Part shown: positions 1 through 10,091 of the stretch, one piece after another
Position numbering within the stretch: the first letter of the stretch is position 1
How the letters are laid out: each line of letters starts with the position of its first letter
Origin: an uncultured Trueperaceae bacterium
GTDB taxonomy: Bacteria; Deinococcota; Deinococci; Deinococcales; Trueperaceae
Assembly: GCA_963815215.1 (NCBI GenBank)
Contig: CAWFFU010000004.1
Location: forward strand, 147,065-211,064
Length of the DNA: 64,000 bases
Direction of reading: 5' to 3'
Program-made: the position numbers and the translations under genes
Notes under the pieces: model-generated
The model's input: only the letters and a program-made list of their open reading frames with translations
What the model was told of the DNA's origin: nothing
Database searches by the model: none

Positions 1-545
1 ATGACCTCGTACAGCAGCCCCTGCCCGAGCGCGCCTTCGCCGAAGAAGCACACGGCCACGCGGTCCGTGCCCTGCATCCTGGCCGACAGCGCCGCGCCGG
101 TGGCGATCCCGGCGCTGCCGCCGACGATGGCGTTGGCTCCGAGGTTGCCGTTCTCCTGGTCCGCGATATGCATGCTTCCGCCCTTGCCGCGGTTGTAGCC
201 GGACGCCTTGCCCAGCAGTTCGGCGAACATCAGGTCGACCCGCGCGCCCTTGGCGATGCAGTGACCGTGCCCCCGGTGGGTGCTGGTGATGTAGTCCTCA
301 CGGGTGAGAGCGTCGCACACGCCGACCGCGACGGCCTCCTCCCCTGCGTACATGTGGGTGAGGCCGGGCATCTTGGCGCTCAGGTAGAGGTCGTTGGCGT
401 GCTCCTCGAACACCCGGATGCGCATCATCTGCCGGTAGCTGTAGAGGTGCCGCGGTGGGTCGGAGTCGGCGGACACGCCGGCCCCCGGCGCCTTGCGGCC
501 CGCCCTTTCATTGGAGGACGTGCTTGCTGTGGGTCGACCCTTCAC
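1..545 (-). CDS. TPP-dependent dehydrogenase E1 alpha subunit (AcoA/PdhA family), 5' part; runs off the window start
   Basis: Not in the ORF track. Manual minus-strand translation gives YRQMMRIRVFEE...GLTHMYAGEEAVAVG...ITSTHRGHGHCIAKG...GKGGSMHIAD...GANAIVGG...VCFFGEGALGQG. GTG at 545 follows RBS GGAAGGAG. Confidence 0.9.
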   Translation of the reverse strand, partial: MKGRPTASTSSNERAGRKAPGAGVSADSDPPRHLYSYRQMMRIRVFEEHANDLYLSAKMPGLTHMYAGEEAVAVGVCDALTREDYITSTHRGHGHCIAKGARVDLMFAELLGKASGYNRGKGGSMHIADQENGNLGANAIVGGSAGIATGAALSARMQGTDRVAVCFFGEGALGQGLLYEV

Positions 546-597
546 GCGGTGCTCCTTCCCCATGGAGCGGGAGCCGGCCGGGGCCGCGGATGGCGGC

Positions 598-1347
598 TCA
601 GGCGGCGTCACCGTCCGGCTTGTCGTCGTGGTCGCTGGTCTCGGGACCGGTCGTCTTGAGGGCCTGCCGGCTGTCCTCGCGCACCTGTGCGAGGTGGGCC
701 AGCATCGCTGTCCGGGCGGCGTCCGCGTCCCCCGCCTCGATGGCGGCGAGGATGACGCGATGGTGGCGCTGGCCGCGCGTCGGGCCGCCGCTCACCTGGA
801 AGATGTGCCCCCTGAGTTCCTGCAACAGATCCACGACCGAGTCGAGCAGGCGGGGGACGAAGTGGTTCTGGGTGGCGACGGCGAGGGCGACGTGGAAGCG
901 GTTGTCGGCCTCGATGAAGGTCTTGGCGTCGTCCAGTGCGAGGTCCATGGCGTGGACGGCGGCCCGCAGGCTCTCGAGATCGGCGTCGCTGCGCCGCAGG
1001 GCGGCGCGGGCGGCGATCTCGGGCTCCAGCAGCTCCCGAACCTCGACCATGCCGCCGATACGCTCCTCGGAGGCGAACCCCATCATCAGGCGCAACGACT
1101 GCGTGAAGGCCTTGGCGGTGCCGTCGACGACGAACGTGCCTTGGCCGCGGCGCACCTCGACCAGGCCGTTCTGGATGAGCGTCTTCATGGCCTCGCGGAT
1201 GACGGTCCGGCTGACGCCGTAGCGTTCCCCGAGGCTGCGCTCGTTGGGCAGCTGGTCCCCGCTCGTGAGCTCGCCCGAGAGGATCTGATGGCGGATCCTC
1301 TCCACGACCTGCTCGTAGAGCTTGCGGTGTTGAAGCACATCCGTCAT
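598..1347 (-). CDS. FadR/GntR-family transcriptional regulator
   Basis: N-terminal wHTH (GDQLPNERSLGERYGVSRTVIREA...RRGQGTFV) and FCD domain (EVRELLE...ADNRFH...HHRVILAAI). Confidence 0.95.
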   Translation of the reverse strand: MTDVLQHRKLYEQVVERIRHQILSGELTSGDQLPNERSLGERYGVSRTVIREAMKTLIQNGLVEVRRGQGTFVVDGTAKAFTQSLRLMMGFASEERIGGMVEVRELLEPEIAARAALRRSDADLESLRAAVHAMDLALDDAKTFIEADNRFHVALAVATQNHFVPRLLDSVVDLLQELRGHIFQVSGGPTRGQRHHRVILAAIEAGDADAARTAMLAHLAQVREDSRQALKTTGPETSDHDDKPDGDAA

Positions 1348-1668
1348 AGTGCAAACCCATGCATCAGATGAAATCTCTTGCAGGAGGTATGGTGGTAATA
1401 CCTCTGTTGGGATGGAGCGAACCTAGCATGTGCCAAGGCGCCCTGTCAAGGAAACGAGGGGGTGCGAGGGGTTTGACACGCCCATCTCGGTGTGCTAACG
1501 TTGGGCGCGTCCACAACTTGATTATGTAGGCTTTGCGATTCCTTGCGAGCCGGCGCGTCCAGCCCTGTCCGGGGCGGAGATCCGGCCCAACCAGAAGGGT
1601 GGTCCAGGCGCCCGAAGTGATCGTTTCCGTTCGGTGGTATGACCACCACACCACTAATAGTTATCGAG
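1345..1668. promoter_or_regulatory. Divergent promoter/operator cassette, copy 1
   Basis: Plus-strand promoter TTGACA (1473-1478)-17-TAACGT with TG extension. Minus-strand promoter TTGACA (1449-1444)-18-TAGGTT with TG extension. Flanking operator-like sites GAGGTATGGTGGTAATACCTC (1384-1404) and GGTGGTATGACCACC (1633-1647). Homologous to 18345-18670. Confidence 0.85.
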
Positions 1669-1774
1669 CGTGCGTTGCCGAGTCCGGGGCGGTCGGAGCC
1701 GCAGCCTGCGGGGCATCGCAGGCGTCCGAGCGCGCCGGCGACACCGTCGCGGACAGCGTGGAGGAGAACGTGAC

Positions 1775-2653
1775 ATGGCGAGACTAGGATTCGTTGGCCT
1801 CGGGGTGATGGGCGGCCGCGTGGCCAAGCGGTTGATGGATGCGGGCCACACGGTCACCGGCTACAACCGCACGCGCGCCAAGGCGCGCTGGCTGGAGGAT
1901 GCCGGCATGGCCTGGGGCGCCACCCCGCGGGCGGTCGCCGAGGCCTCCGACATCGTGTTCACGATGGTGACCAACACGACCGCCCTGGAGGCCGTGACAC
2001 AGGGCGAGGACGGCGTCCTGGCCGGACTCGTCGAGGGCAAGATCTACATCGACATGAGCACGGTCAGCCCGGCCTACAGCCGGGATCTAGCCGCCAGCGT
2101 CAAGCTGCGCGGCGCGACCATGCTCGATGCGCCGGTGTCGGGCAGCGTGGAGACCCTCGAGCAGGGCAAGCTCACCTTCATGGTGGGCGGCGAGCGCAGC
2201 GACTTCGAGAAGGTCGAGCCCATCTTGCTGAACGTGGGGCCGAAGGCTACGCACGTCGGTGCCAACGGGCTGGCGGTGACCATGAAGATCGCCACCAACC
2301 TGAGCCTGGCCGTGCAGATGCTGGCCTTCAGCGAAGGGCTGCTGCTGGCCGAGCGCAGCGGGATCGCCCGGGAGACGGCGACGGAGGTGTTGCTGAACAG
2401 CGTCATCGCCTCCCCGATGGTCAAGTACCGTGGCCCCTTCGTGCTGGCGATGCCGGACGAGGCCTGGTTCGACGTGAACATGATGCAGAAGGACATGAAC
2501 CTGGCCCTCGAGCTGGGTCAGGAGGTCAACGTCATGTTGCCCACCACGGCCGCGACCAACGAGATGTTGACCGCCGCCCGCGGGCTGGGGCTGGACAAGC
2601 AGGACTTCGCCGTCGTGTTCGAAGTGCTCTCGCGTCTCTCCGGGGGGAGCTGA
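1775..2653 (+). CDS. NAD(P)-dependent beta-hydroxyacid dehydrogenase (3-hydroxyisobutyrate / tartronate-semialdehyde reductase family)
   Basis: GFVGLGVMG Rossmann motif, DAPVSG, catalytic Lys in MKIATN, MQKD. RBS GGAGGAG before ATG 1775. Confidence 0.92.
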   Translation: MARLGFVGLGVMGGRVAKRLMDAGHTVTGYNRTRAKARWLEDAGMAWGATPRAVAEASDIVFTMVTNTTALEAVTQGEDGVLAGLVEGKIYIDMSTVSPAYSRDLAASVKLRGATMLDAPVSGSVETLEQGKLTFMVGGERSDFEKVEPILLNVGPKATHVGANGLAVTMKIATNLSLAVQMLAFSEGLLLAERSGIARETATEVLLNSVIASPMVKYRGPFVLAMPDEAWFDVNMMQKDMNLALELGQEVNVMLPTTAATNEMLTAARGLGLDKQDFAVVFEVLSRLSGGS

Positions 2654-2657
2654 GCTC

Positions 2658-4148
2658 GTGGCAGCGGAGCGACTGCGTAGCGATTCGGGCGAGCGCCGCA
2701 CATCCGCCTCCGGCGGGCAGCCCCGGCTGGGCGAGTTCGGGTGCTACGTGGCCGGGCAGTGGGTCCGCACGGGTGATCGGCTGGAGGTCCTGAGCCCCTT
2801 CGACGGCAGCCTGGTGGCGGTCGTACATCGTGCCGGCCCGGAGCAGATCGAGGCGGCCATCGCGCAGGCCACGGCGGCGTTCCAGGCCACCCGCCACATG
2901 CCGGTGTGGAAGCGGTCGGAGGCGCTGGAGGCCATCAGCGCCGGCATCCGCGAGCGCCGCGAGGACCTCGCCCAGACCATCGCGCTGGAGGCCGGCAAGC
3001 CGGTCTCGGCGGCGCGCGGCGAGGTCGACCGCGCGGCCTTCACCTTCAAGGTGGCGGCCGAGGAGGCCAAGCGCATCTACGGCGAGATCGTTCCTCTCGA
3101 CTGGATCCCCGGCCTGGAGGGGCGCGAGGCGCAGGTCCGTCACGTCCCGCTGGGACCGGTGGCGGGCATCAGCCCCTTCAACTACCCACTGAACCTGGTC
3201 GCCCACAAGGTCGCGCCGGCGTTGGCCGCCGGCGACGCCATCGTGCTGCGCCCTGCCAGCCAGACGCCCTTGAGCGCGTTGAAGCTGGCCGCCATCGTGC
3301 AGGAGTCCGGCTTCCCGGAGGGCGCCTTCAGCGTGGTCCCCAGCCGCACGGCCGACGCCGCGCCGCTCGTCGAGGACGAGCGCATCCGTTTGCTGACCTT
3401 CACCGGCAGCCCGGCGGTCGGCTGGTCGCTCAAGGGACGGGCCGGCCGCAAGCGCGTCACGCTGGAGCTCGGCGGCAACGCCGGGGTCATCGTCCACAAG
3501 GACGCCGACCTGGCATTCGCGGCCGAGCGCGTGATCTGGGGCGGCTTCCAGTACTCGGGCCAGTCGTGCGTATCGGTGCAGCGCGTCTACGTGCACGAGG
3601 ACGTCTACGACGCCTTCCGCGAGGCGTTGGTGCCACAGGTCGAGGCGCTGAGGGTGGGTGATCCACTCGACGACGCCACCGACGTGGGTCCGGTCATCGA
3701 TGCCGATGCCGCCGAGCGGATCGAGGCGTGGGTGGCCGAGGCCATCGAAGGCGGAGCGCGCCTGCTCGCCGGCGGCACCCGACGGGGCAACCTGTGGCCG
3801 CCCACGCTGCTCGAGGCCATCACGCCCTCGATGAAGGTGTGCAACCAGGAGGTCTTCGCGCCCATGATCGGGCTGTACCGCTACGCCGACGTGCTCGAGG
3901 CGATCGACGCCGTCGACGCCAGCGACTTCGGCCTGCAGGCGGGCCTGTTCACCAACGACACGCGCGTCATCCGCGAGGCCTTCGACCGCATCGAGGTCGG
4001 AGGGCTCAACATCAACGACGTCTCCACCTTCCGTGTCGATCACATGCCGTACGGCGGCGTGAAGCAGTCGGGCGCGGGACGCGAGGGGCTGCGTTACGCC
4101 ATCCAGGAGATGAGCGAGATGAAGCTGCTGACGCTCAACCCCCGGTAA
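2658..4148 (+). CDS. Aldehyde dehydrogenase
   Basis: ISPFNYPLNL, FTGS, LELGGN, catalytic Cys in GQSCVS, EVFAP, PYGGVKQSG. Confidence 0.95.
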   Translation: MAAERLRSDSGERRTSASGGQPRLGEFGCYVAGQWVRTGDRLEVLSPFDGSLVAVVHRAGPEQIEAAIAQATAAFQATRHMPVWKRSEALEAISAGIRERREDLAQTIALEAGKPVSAARGEVDRAAFTFKVAAEEAKRIYGEIVPLDWIPGLEGREAQVRHVPLGPVAGISPFNYPLNLVAHKVAPALAAGDAIVLRPASQTPLSALKLAAIVQESGFPEGAFSVVPSRTADAAPLVEDERIRLLTFTGSPAVGWSLKGRAGRKRVTLELGGNAGVIVHKDADLAFAAERVIWGGFQYSGQSCVSVQRVYVHEDVYDAFREALVPQVEALRVGDPLDDATDVGPVIDADAAERIEAWVAEAIEGGARLLAGGTRRGNLWPPTLLEAITPSMKVCNQEVFAPMIGLYRYADVLEAIDAVDASDFGLQAGLFTNDTRVIREAFDRIEVGGLNINDVSTFRVDHMPYGGVKQSGAGREGLRYAIQEMSEMKLLTLNPR

Positions 4149-4290
4149 CCGGGGTCGAGCCGTTCATGCCACGCCGCATCCCCGGAGGGAGGTGACCGCG
4201 ACCACCTGAGCGAACCGTACGCCGAGGGGCACGGATGGATCGAGACAGCCGAGGATCCGACCGGAAGACGCAGGACCTGGAGGTAGTGAG

Positions 4291-5481
4291 ATGTTCAAGA
4301 GACTTGCACTCGTGATCGCGGCGAGCGTGTTCGCCGTGACCGGGCTCGCCATGGCGCAGGGTCCCATCAAGATCGGGATCTCGCTCCCCCTGACGGGCAT
4401 GTTCTCGCAGCCGGGCGGAGCTGCGCAGAAGGGCTACAAGGTCTGGCAGAAGATCATCAACGACAACGGCGGGCTGCTGGGACGCCAGGTGGACCTCGTC
4501 ATCAAGGACGACGCCAGCGACCAGAACAGCATCGTGTCGGACTACAACCGACTGATCACGCAGGACAAGGTCGACCTCGTGCTCGGCACCTTCTCGTCGC
4601 TTCTCAACCTGCCGGCCTCGGCGGTCGCCGAGAAGTACCACATGGTGTACGTCGAGCCCGCCGGTGGCGCGCCCAAGATGTTCGAGCGCGGCTTCCAGTA
4701 CCTGTTCTTCGCGCAGCAGGCGACGGCTACGCATCAGGGCGACCAGTTCGTGAAGTGGGTGCTCTCGCTGCCGGCCGATCAGCGACCGAAGACGGCCGCC
4801 TACCCCACCCAGGACGACCCCTTCACCAAGCCGGTCATCGAGGGGATCCGCGCGCAGCTCGAGGCGGCCGGGATCAAGACCGTCTACCAGACGACCTACC
4901 CGCCCGACACCTCGAACTTCGACACCATCGCCAGCGCCATCAAGAACAGCGGCGCGGACCTGGTCGCCGAGGGTGCGGTCTTCCAGGACGGCGTCAGCAT
5001 CATCCGCTCGTTCCAGAAGCTGGGCTACAGCCCCAAGGTGCTGTTCGAGACGTCGGCGCCCTCCGAGAGCGAGCAGTTCGCCAGCGGCATCGGTGCGGCC
5101 AACACCGAGGGCATCTTCTACGCGGTGAGCTGGCACCAGGATCTCACGACGCCGATGAACAAGCAGTTCGTCGACACCTACCAGCAGATGTACGGGGCGG
5201 ACCAGATCCCTGCCGAGGACGCCGCCGACGCGTTCGCTTCGGCGCAGGTGCTGCAGACGGCGGTCACCGCGGTCGGCTCCCTCGACCAGACCAAGATCAA
5301 GGACTACCTGCACGCCAACACCGTCCCGACCATCCTCGGACCGCTGTCCTGGGACAAGACGGGCGCTCCGCAGTCCAACTTCCTGCTCGCCCAGTGGCAG
5401 AAGGGCAAGGCGGAGATCGTGCTGCCGCGCGACGTCGCGACGTCGCCGACGATCACCTTCCCGAAGCCTGGGTGGAAGTAG
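4291..5481 (+). CDS. LIV-type (branched-chain amino acid family) ABC substrate-binding protein, copy 1
   Basis: Signal peptide, PIKIGISLPLTG, NGGLLGRQVDLVIKDD. Followed by LivH/M/G/F-type genes. Confidence 0.92.
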   Translation: MFKRLALVIAASVFAVTGLAMAQGPIKIGISLPLTGMFSQPGGAAQKGYKVWQKIINDNGGLLGRQVDLVIKDDASDQNSIVSDYNRLITQDKVDLVLGTFSSLLNLPASAVAEKYHMVYVEPAGGAPKMFERGFQYLFFAQQATATHQGDQFVKWVLSLPADQRPKTAAYPTQDDPFTKPVIEGIRAQLEAAGIKTVYQTTYPPDTSNFDTIASAIKNSGADLVAEGAVFQDGVSIIRSFQKLGYSPKVLFETSAPSESEQFASGIGAANTEGIFYAVSWHQDLTTPMNKQFVDTYQQMYGADQIPAEDAADAFASAQVLQTAVTAVGSLDQTKIKDYLHANTVPTILGPLSWDKTGAPQSNFLLAQWQKGKAEIVLPRDVATSPTITFPKPGWK

Positions 5482-5502
5482 GCCTCTCGCATATGCGCGG
5501 AA

Positions 5503-5524
5503 GGGGCCCCCGCAGGGGGGCCCC
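5503..5524 (+). terminator. Stem-loop after the SBP gene (mRNA stabiliser or partial terminator)
   Basis: GGGGCCCCC-GCAG-GGGGGCCCC, 9-bp stem, no U tract. Confidence 0.5.
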
Positions 5525-5596
5525 GCTCCGCCTCAGGACCCCGCCGGCGGGGCGCGTCCTGGTGGACGTCCCCAGCGCCGGCGCACGAGGAGTTCC

Positions 5597-6478
5597 ATGA
5601 CGCTGTTGGTCCAGACGATCTTCCTGGGGTTGCTCATCGGGGGGGTCTACGCCCTGTTCGCGTCCGGTCTCACGCTGGTCTTCGGGGTCATGGGGATCGT
5701 CAACGTGGCGCACCCCGCGTTCCTGGTGCTGGCCGGCCTCTTCACCTACGAGCTGTGGTCCCGTCTGGGGGTGGACCCGCTCCTCCTCACGCTGGTCACC
5801 ACGCCGGTGATGTTCGCGCTCGGATGGCTGGTCTACAAGGGACTCATCGCGCGGGTGCGTTCGGGACCGGTCTCGATGTCGGTCGTGCTGACCTTCGGCC
5901 TCGCCATCGCGCTCGAAGGCGCCATGGGGATGACCTGGAAGAACGTCTTCCGTTCGGTCACGCCCCCCTATTTCAACCAATCGTTCCACCTCGGGGCACT
6001 GGTGTTTCCCAAGGCCCAGGTCTTCGGTTGCATCGCCGCCGTGGTGGTCCTGCTGCTGCTCTATCTGCTGCTCACCAAGACCTGGATCGGGCGCGCCATC
6101 CGCGGCGCGTCGGAGAACCCCGAGGGGGCGCACCTCGTCGGCATCGACATCGGTGCGGTGGCGGCGCTGACGTTCGCCATCGGCGCCGCCACCGCCGGCG
6201 TGGGCGGATCGGTCATGTCGATCCTCTACCCGATCTTCCCGGCCTCCCAGTACGTATGGATCTCCCGCACCCTCGGCATCATCGTGCTGGGCGGCATGGG
6301 GAGCCTGCCCGGGGCCGTGTTGGGGGCGCTGATCCTGGGCGCCGCCGAGACCCTGACCGCCACCTACATCTCCACGCAGTGGGCGGTGGTGGTCTTCTAC
6401 CTCGTCATCCTGGTGGTGCTCATGGTGCGCCCGGAGGGCCTGATGGGCGCCCGCGTGCGGAAGGACGTGGTGGCGTGA
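5597..6478 (+). CDS. LivH-type ABC permease
   Basis: GGVYALFASGLTLVFGVMGIVNVAH; GRAIRGASEN...GID; IVLGGMGSLPGA. Confidence 0.93.
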   Translation: MTLLVQTIFLGLLIGGVYALFASGLTLVFGVMGIVNVAHPAFLVLAGLFTYELWSRLGVDPLLLTLVTTPVMFALGWLVYKGLIARVRSGPVSMSVVLTFGLAIALEGAMGMTWKNVFRSVTPPYFNQSFHLGALVFPKAQVFGCIAAVVVLLLLYLLLTKTWIGRAIRGASENPEGAHLVGIDIGAVAALTFAIGAATAGVGGSVMSILYPIFPASQYVWISRTLGIIVLGGMGSLPGAVLGALILGAAETLTATYISTQWAVVVFYLVILVVLMVRPEGLMGARVRKDVVA

Positions 6479-8337
6479 CCGCGAACCCCCGAGCCGCCGC
6501 GCCGCGCCGGTCGTTCCTCACCTGGCGCAACGTGGCGCTCGCGCTCGCCGGGGCGGCGCTGGTCGCCTTCCCGCTGGTCCGGCCCGGTGACCAGTACTAC
6601 CAGACCGTCCTCATCCTGATCTTCGTGCTCGGGGTGATGGCGACCGGTTGGAACGTGATCGCCGGCTTCACCGGCTACATCTCGCTGGGCCAGAGCGCCT
6701 TCCTGGGGCTGGGCGCGTATACCGTCGGTCTGCTCACGCGGGTCGTGCACGTCTCGCCTTTCGTGCTGGCGCCGCTGGGCGGCATCGTGGCGGCGGTGGT
6801 GGCGGCGCTGCTGGGCTCCACCATCATGCGTACCCGCGAGCACGCCTACGTGATCATCACCATCGCCTTCCTGTTCCTGATGCAGGCCATCGGTCTGAAC
6901 GCGCCCGGTCTCACCGGCGGTTCGGACGGCATCACGCTCCCGCTCCCTTCATGGGGTCTCGGCATCGGCAACATGCCGTTCTATTACGCGCTGTTCGGGC
7001 TCATGCTGTTGTCGGTCCTGATGACGTGGTGGATCCGCCGGACCAAGTTCGGGATGGGCCTGATCGCCATCCGCGAGGACGAGGACAAGGCGGCCGCCAT
7101 CGGCGTGCGGACCAGCGTCTACAAGATCCTCGCCACCGTTGCCAGCGGCGTGCTCATCGGCGTGGCCGGCGGGGTGTACGCGTACTTCCTGACGTTCATC
7201 GACCCGCGCGGCATGTTCGCCATCCTGGTGAGCGTCCAGATCGTGCTGGCGACGTTGTTGGGCGGCCTCGGAACGATCTGGGGTCCCGTGCTCGGCGCCT
7301 TCCTGGTCGTGCCCATGAACGAGGTGACCAACAACGTCATGGCGGCACAGGGCGTGCACCTGTTCGTGTTCGGCCTGGTACTGATGGCGGTGGTGATGTT
7401 CCTGCCGCGCGGGCTCATCCCGACCCTCCGTGGCTGGGTCGAGAGCCGACGCAAGTCCACTGTCGCCTTCGAACGGCGGCAGAGCGTGCCGAGCGTGCTC
7501 GAGCTCAGCACGCCGCCGATGGCGGTGGGGCGGGACCGCGGGTCGCCGCGGGCAGCCGGTGAAGGTCCGCCGCTGTTGCAGGTCGACGGGCTGGTGAAGC
7601 GCTTCGGCGGCATCACCGCTGTCGACGGGTGCTCGTTCAAGGTGGCAGACGGCAGCCTTACCGGCCTCATCGGCCCCAACGGCTCGGGCAAGACCACGGT
7701 GTTCAATCTCGTCAGCGGGATGATGCGTGCCAACGAGGGCGTCATCCGGCTCGCCGGCGAACGCATCGACGCGCTGCAACCCTGGGACCGGGCGTACCGC
7801 GGGCTGGGGCGCACCTTCCAGAGCACCCGGCTGTTCCCCAAGCTGACCGTGATGGAGAACGTGGTGGCGCCCCTCAAGCGCTTCGACTGGTCGCTGCTCC
7901 CGGCCGACGCCGTGAGCGGGCGCGAGGCCAAGCGGGGGCTCGAGCTCCTCGACTTCGTGGGGCTGGCCGACTTCGGGCAGCAGCCGGCGTGGCAGCTCTC
8001 CTTCGGGCAGAAGAAGCTGGTCGAGCTGGCGCAACTCCTCATGCTCGAGCCCCGCCTGATCCTGCTCGACGAGCCGGCCGGCGGCATCAACCCCGGCCTG
8101 ATCGAGCGCATCTCGGACACCATCCGCGCCCTCAACAAGCAGGGCCTCACCTTCGTGATCGTGGAGCACAACATGCCGATGGTCCTCGACCTGTGCGATT
8201 CGATGCTGGTGATGGCGCGCGGCAGCGTGATCGCCGAGGGCAGTCCCGACGAGATCCAGAGCAACCCGGTGGTGCTCGACGCCTACCTGGGCGAGGACTG
8301 GAACCGCGAGGCCGAGCTCGAGGAGGCGAGGGCCTGA
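6475..8337 (+). CDS. Fused LivM-type permease / LivG-type ATPase
   Basis: GTG overlaps the livH stop. [15 protein letters not shown] permease half, then Walker [17 protein letters not shown] and LLDEP. Confidence 0.92.
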   Translation: MTANPRAAAPRRSFLTWRNVALALAGAALVAFPLVRPGDQYYQTVLILIFVLGVMATGWNVIAGFTGYISLGQSAFLGLGAYTVGLLTRVVHVSPFVLAPLGGIVAAVVAALLGSTIMRTREHAYVIITIAFLFLMQAIGLNAPGLTGGSDGITLPLPSWGLGIGNMPFYYALFGLMLLSVLMTWWIRRTKFGMGLIAIREDEDKAAAIGVRTSVYKILATVASGVLIGVAGGVYAYFLTFIDPRGMFAILVSVQIVLATLLGGLGTIWGPVLGAFLVVPMNEVTNNVMAAQGVHLFVFGLVLMAVVMFLPRGLIPTLRGWVESRRKSTVAFERRQSVPSVLELSTPPMAVGRDRGSPRAAGEGPPLLQVDGLVKRFGGITAVDGCSFKVADGSLTGLIGPNGSGKTTVFNLVSGMMRANEGVIRLAGERIDALQPWDRAYRGLGRTFQSTRLFPKLTVMENVVAPLKRFDWSLLPADAVSGREAKRGLELLDFVGLADFGQQPAWQLSFGQKKLVELAQLLMLEPRLILLDEPAGGINPGLIERISDTIRALNKQGLTFVIVEHNMPMVLDLCDSMLVMARGSVIAEGSPDEIQSNPVVLDAYLGEDWNREAELEEARA

Positions 8338-9071
8338 TGGCGGCCGTCCTCGAGTTGGCGGGCGTGGTGTCGGGCTACCACGGAGCTCGCGTCCTGCAGG
8401 GCGTCGACCTGGCGCTCGAGTCCGGCGCCATCACCTGCGTGGTGGGGCCGAACGGCGCAGGCAAGTCGACGCTGCTCAAGACGATCAGCGGCGTGTGCCG
8501 GGCACTCGAGGGGACCGTCCTGCTGAACGGCTCGGACATGCTCTCGACGCTGTCGCCCAGCCAGATCCTGGCGCTCGGCGTGGTCCAGGTGCCGCAGCAG
8601 AACGCCCTGTTCCCCAGCCTCACCGTCAAGGACAACGTGCTGATGGGCGCCTACATCCTGCGGGGCAAGCCGGGGCTGGTACGCAAGCGTTACCGCGAGG
8701 TCGAGGAGCTCATCCCGCTGGTGCACGACCGCGCCTCGGACAAGGCGGGCAACCTGTCGGGCGGGCAGCGGCGTGCCGTCGAGTTCGCGCGCAGTCTCAT
8801 GCTCGACCCCAGCCTGGTGCTGCTCGACGAGCCCTCGCTGGGCCTCGACCGCAAGAGCCTCAAGCAGGTGTGGGACCTCATCGCCGGCATGCGCGACCGC
8901 GGCCGCACCATCCTGCTGGTGGAGCAGAACGTCCGGCTGGGCCTGGGCTCGGCCGACTACGGGGTGGTGTTGGAGGGCGGCCGCGTGCGCCTCAACGGCC
9001 CCGCGCGGGAGGTCCTCGAGCATCCCGAGATCGCCGACCTCTACCTCGGCGGCACCGTCCGAGATGCCTGA
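8337..9071 (+). CDS. LivF-type ABC ATPase
   Basis: [35 protein letters not shown] overlap with the upstream gene. Confidence 0.93.
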   Translation: MAAVLELAGVVSGYHGARVLQGVDLALESGAITCVVGPNGAGKSTLLKTISGVCRALEGTVLLNGSDMLSTLSPSQILALGVVQVPQQNALFPSLTVKDNVLMGAYILRGKPGLVRKRYREVEELIPLVHDRASDKAGNLSGGQRRAVEFARSLMLDPSLVLLDEPSLGLDRKSLKQVWDLIAGMRDRGRTILLVEQNVRLGLGSADYGVVLEGGRVRLNGPAREVLEHPEIADLYLGGTVRDA

Positions 9072-9158
9072 ACGCCGGCCGCGCCACGCCGGTCGGCGTC
9101 GCCTCCCGCGGCGCCCGGCCGCCTGGGGGCGGAGGCCGCTCGCCGGGAGGCGGCAACG

Positions 9159-10091
9159 GTGACCGGTGTGCTGTGGGCGGCCCTCGCGGGCGTGGCCTAC
9201 GGGGTGTTCCAGGCGGTGAATCGTGGCACGCTCGTCGACATGGGCGTGCTGGAGTCGACGTTCATCCAGCTGCTGGTCAGCTCGCTACTGCTCGTACCCC
9301 TGGTGCTGGGACTGCGCGGCGTGGCGCTGGCGCAGATCCCGGGCGCCGCCGTGCTGTACTTCGGCCTGGCCGGGATCGTCCACTTCCTGGGCGGCTGGAC
9401 GCTGCTCAACCACAGCCAGAAGCTGCTCGGTGCGGCCCGTACCAGCCCGCTGCTGGCGTCGGTGCCGCTGTTCGGCACGGCCCTGGCGCTCGTCGTCCTG
9501 CGCGAAGTGCCGAGCCTCGCCGCCATGGCGGGCATGACGACCATCGTCGTGGGCGTCTACGTGGTGCAGCTCGACCGGGCGCGTCGCCAGGCGCGCGCGG
9601 CGGCGGCCGGCGGGCCGGCGGCCGGCGGCGGCTGGAAACGGGCGCTGGCGTCGTCGCGCTTCGGGCTGGGAGCGGCGCTGTGCTGGTCGATCAGCCCGCT
9701 GTTCATCCGGCGCGGGCTGGACGCCATGGACGCGCCCATGGTGGGGGTCACGCTCGGGTTGGTCGCTGCCACGCTGGCCTATGGGGGGATCCTCGCCGTT
9801 CGCCGCCGCGCCCCGTGGCGCGGCGTGCCGGCTCGCGCCATGAGCTGGAAGATCGTAGCCGGCGTGCTGGTGGGGTTCGCGACCTGGACCCGCTGGTACG
9901 CCTTGTCGCTCAACCCCGTGACGGTGGTGCTCAGCCTCGGGCTGCTCTCCGTGCCCACCGTTATCGCTCTGGCCCCGCTGTTGGCGGGCCGCCACCTGGA
10001 GCAGGTGAGCCGCGCCGTGGTGCTGGGCTCGGCGCTGGTCGTGGTGGGTGCGCTGGTGCTGGTCGCGCCCGGTGTGAGGAGTTCGATGTGA
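9159..10091 (+). CDS. EamA/DMT-family transporter
   Basis: About ten hydrophobic segments in two repeats; GAARTSPL...PLFGTALALVVLRE. Confidence 0.85.
   Translation: MTGVLWAALAGVAYGVFQAVNRGTLVDMGVLESTFIQLLVSSLLLVPLVLGLRGVALAQIPGAAVLYFGLAGIVHFLGGWTLLNHSQKLLGAARTSPLLASVPLFGTALALVVLREVPSLAAMAGMTTIVVGVYVVQLDRARRQARAAAAGGPAAGGGWKRALASSRFGLGAALCWSISPLFIRRGLDAMDAPMVGVTLGLVAATLAYGGILAVRRRAPWRGVPARAMSWKIVAGVLVGFATWTRWYALSLNPVTVVLSLGLLSVPTVIALAPLLAGRHLEQVSRAVVLGSALVVVGALVLVAPGVRSSM

Noticed and set aside
168..659. Plus-strand ORFs at the window start
   Set aside because: Antisense to the E1 alpha and GntR genes, which have clear motifs.
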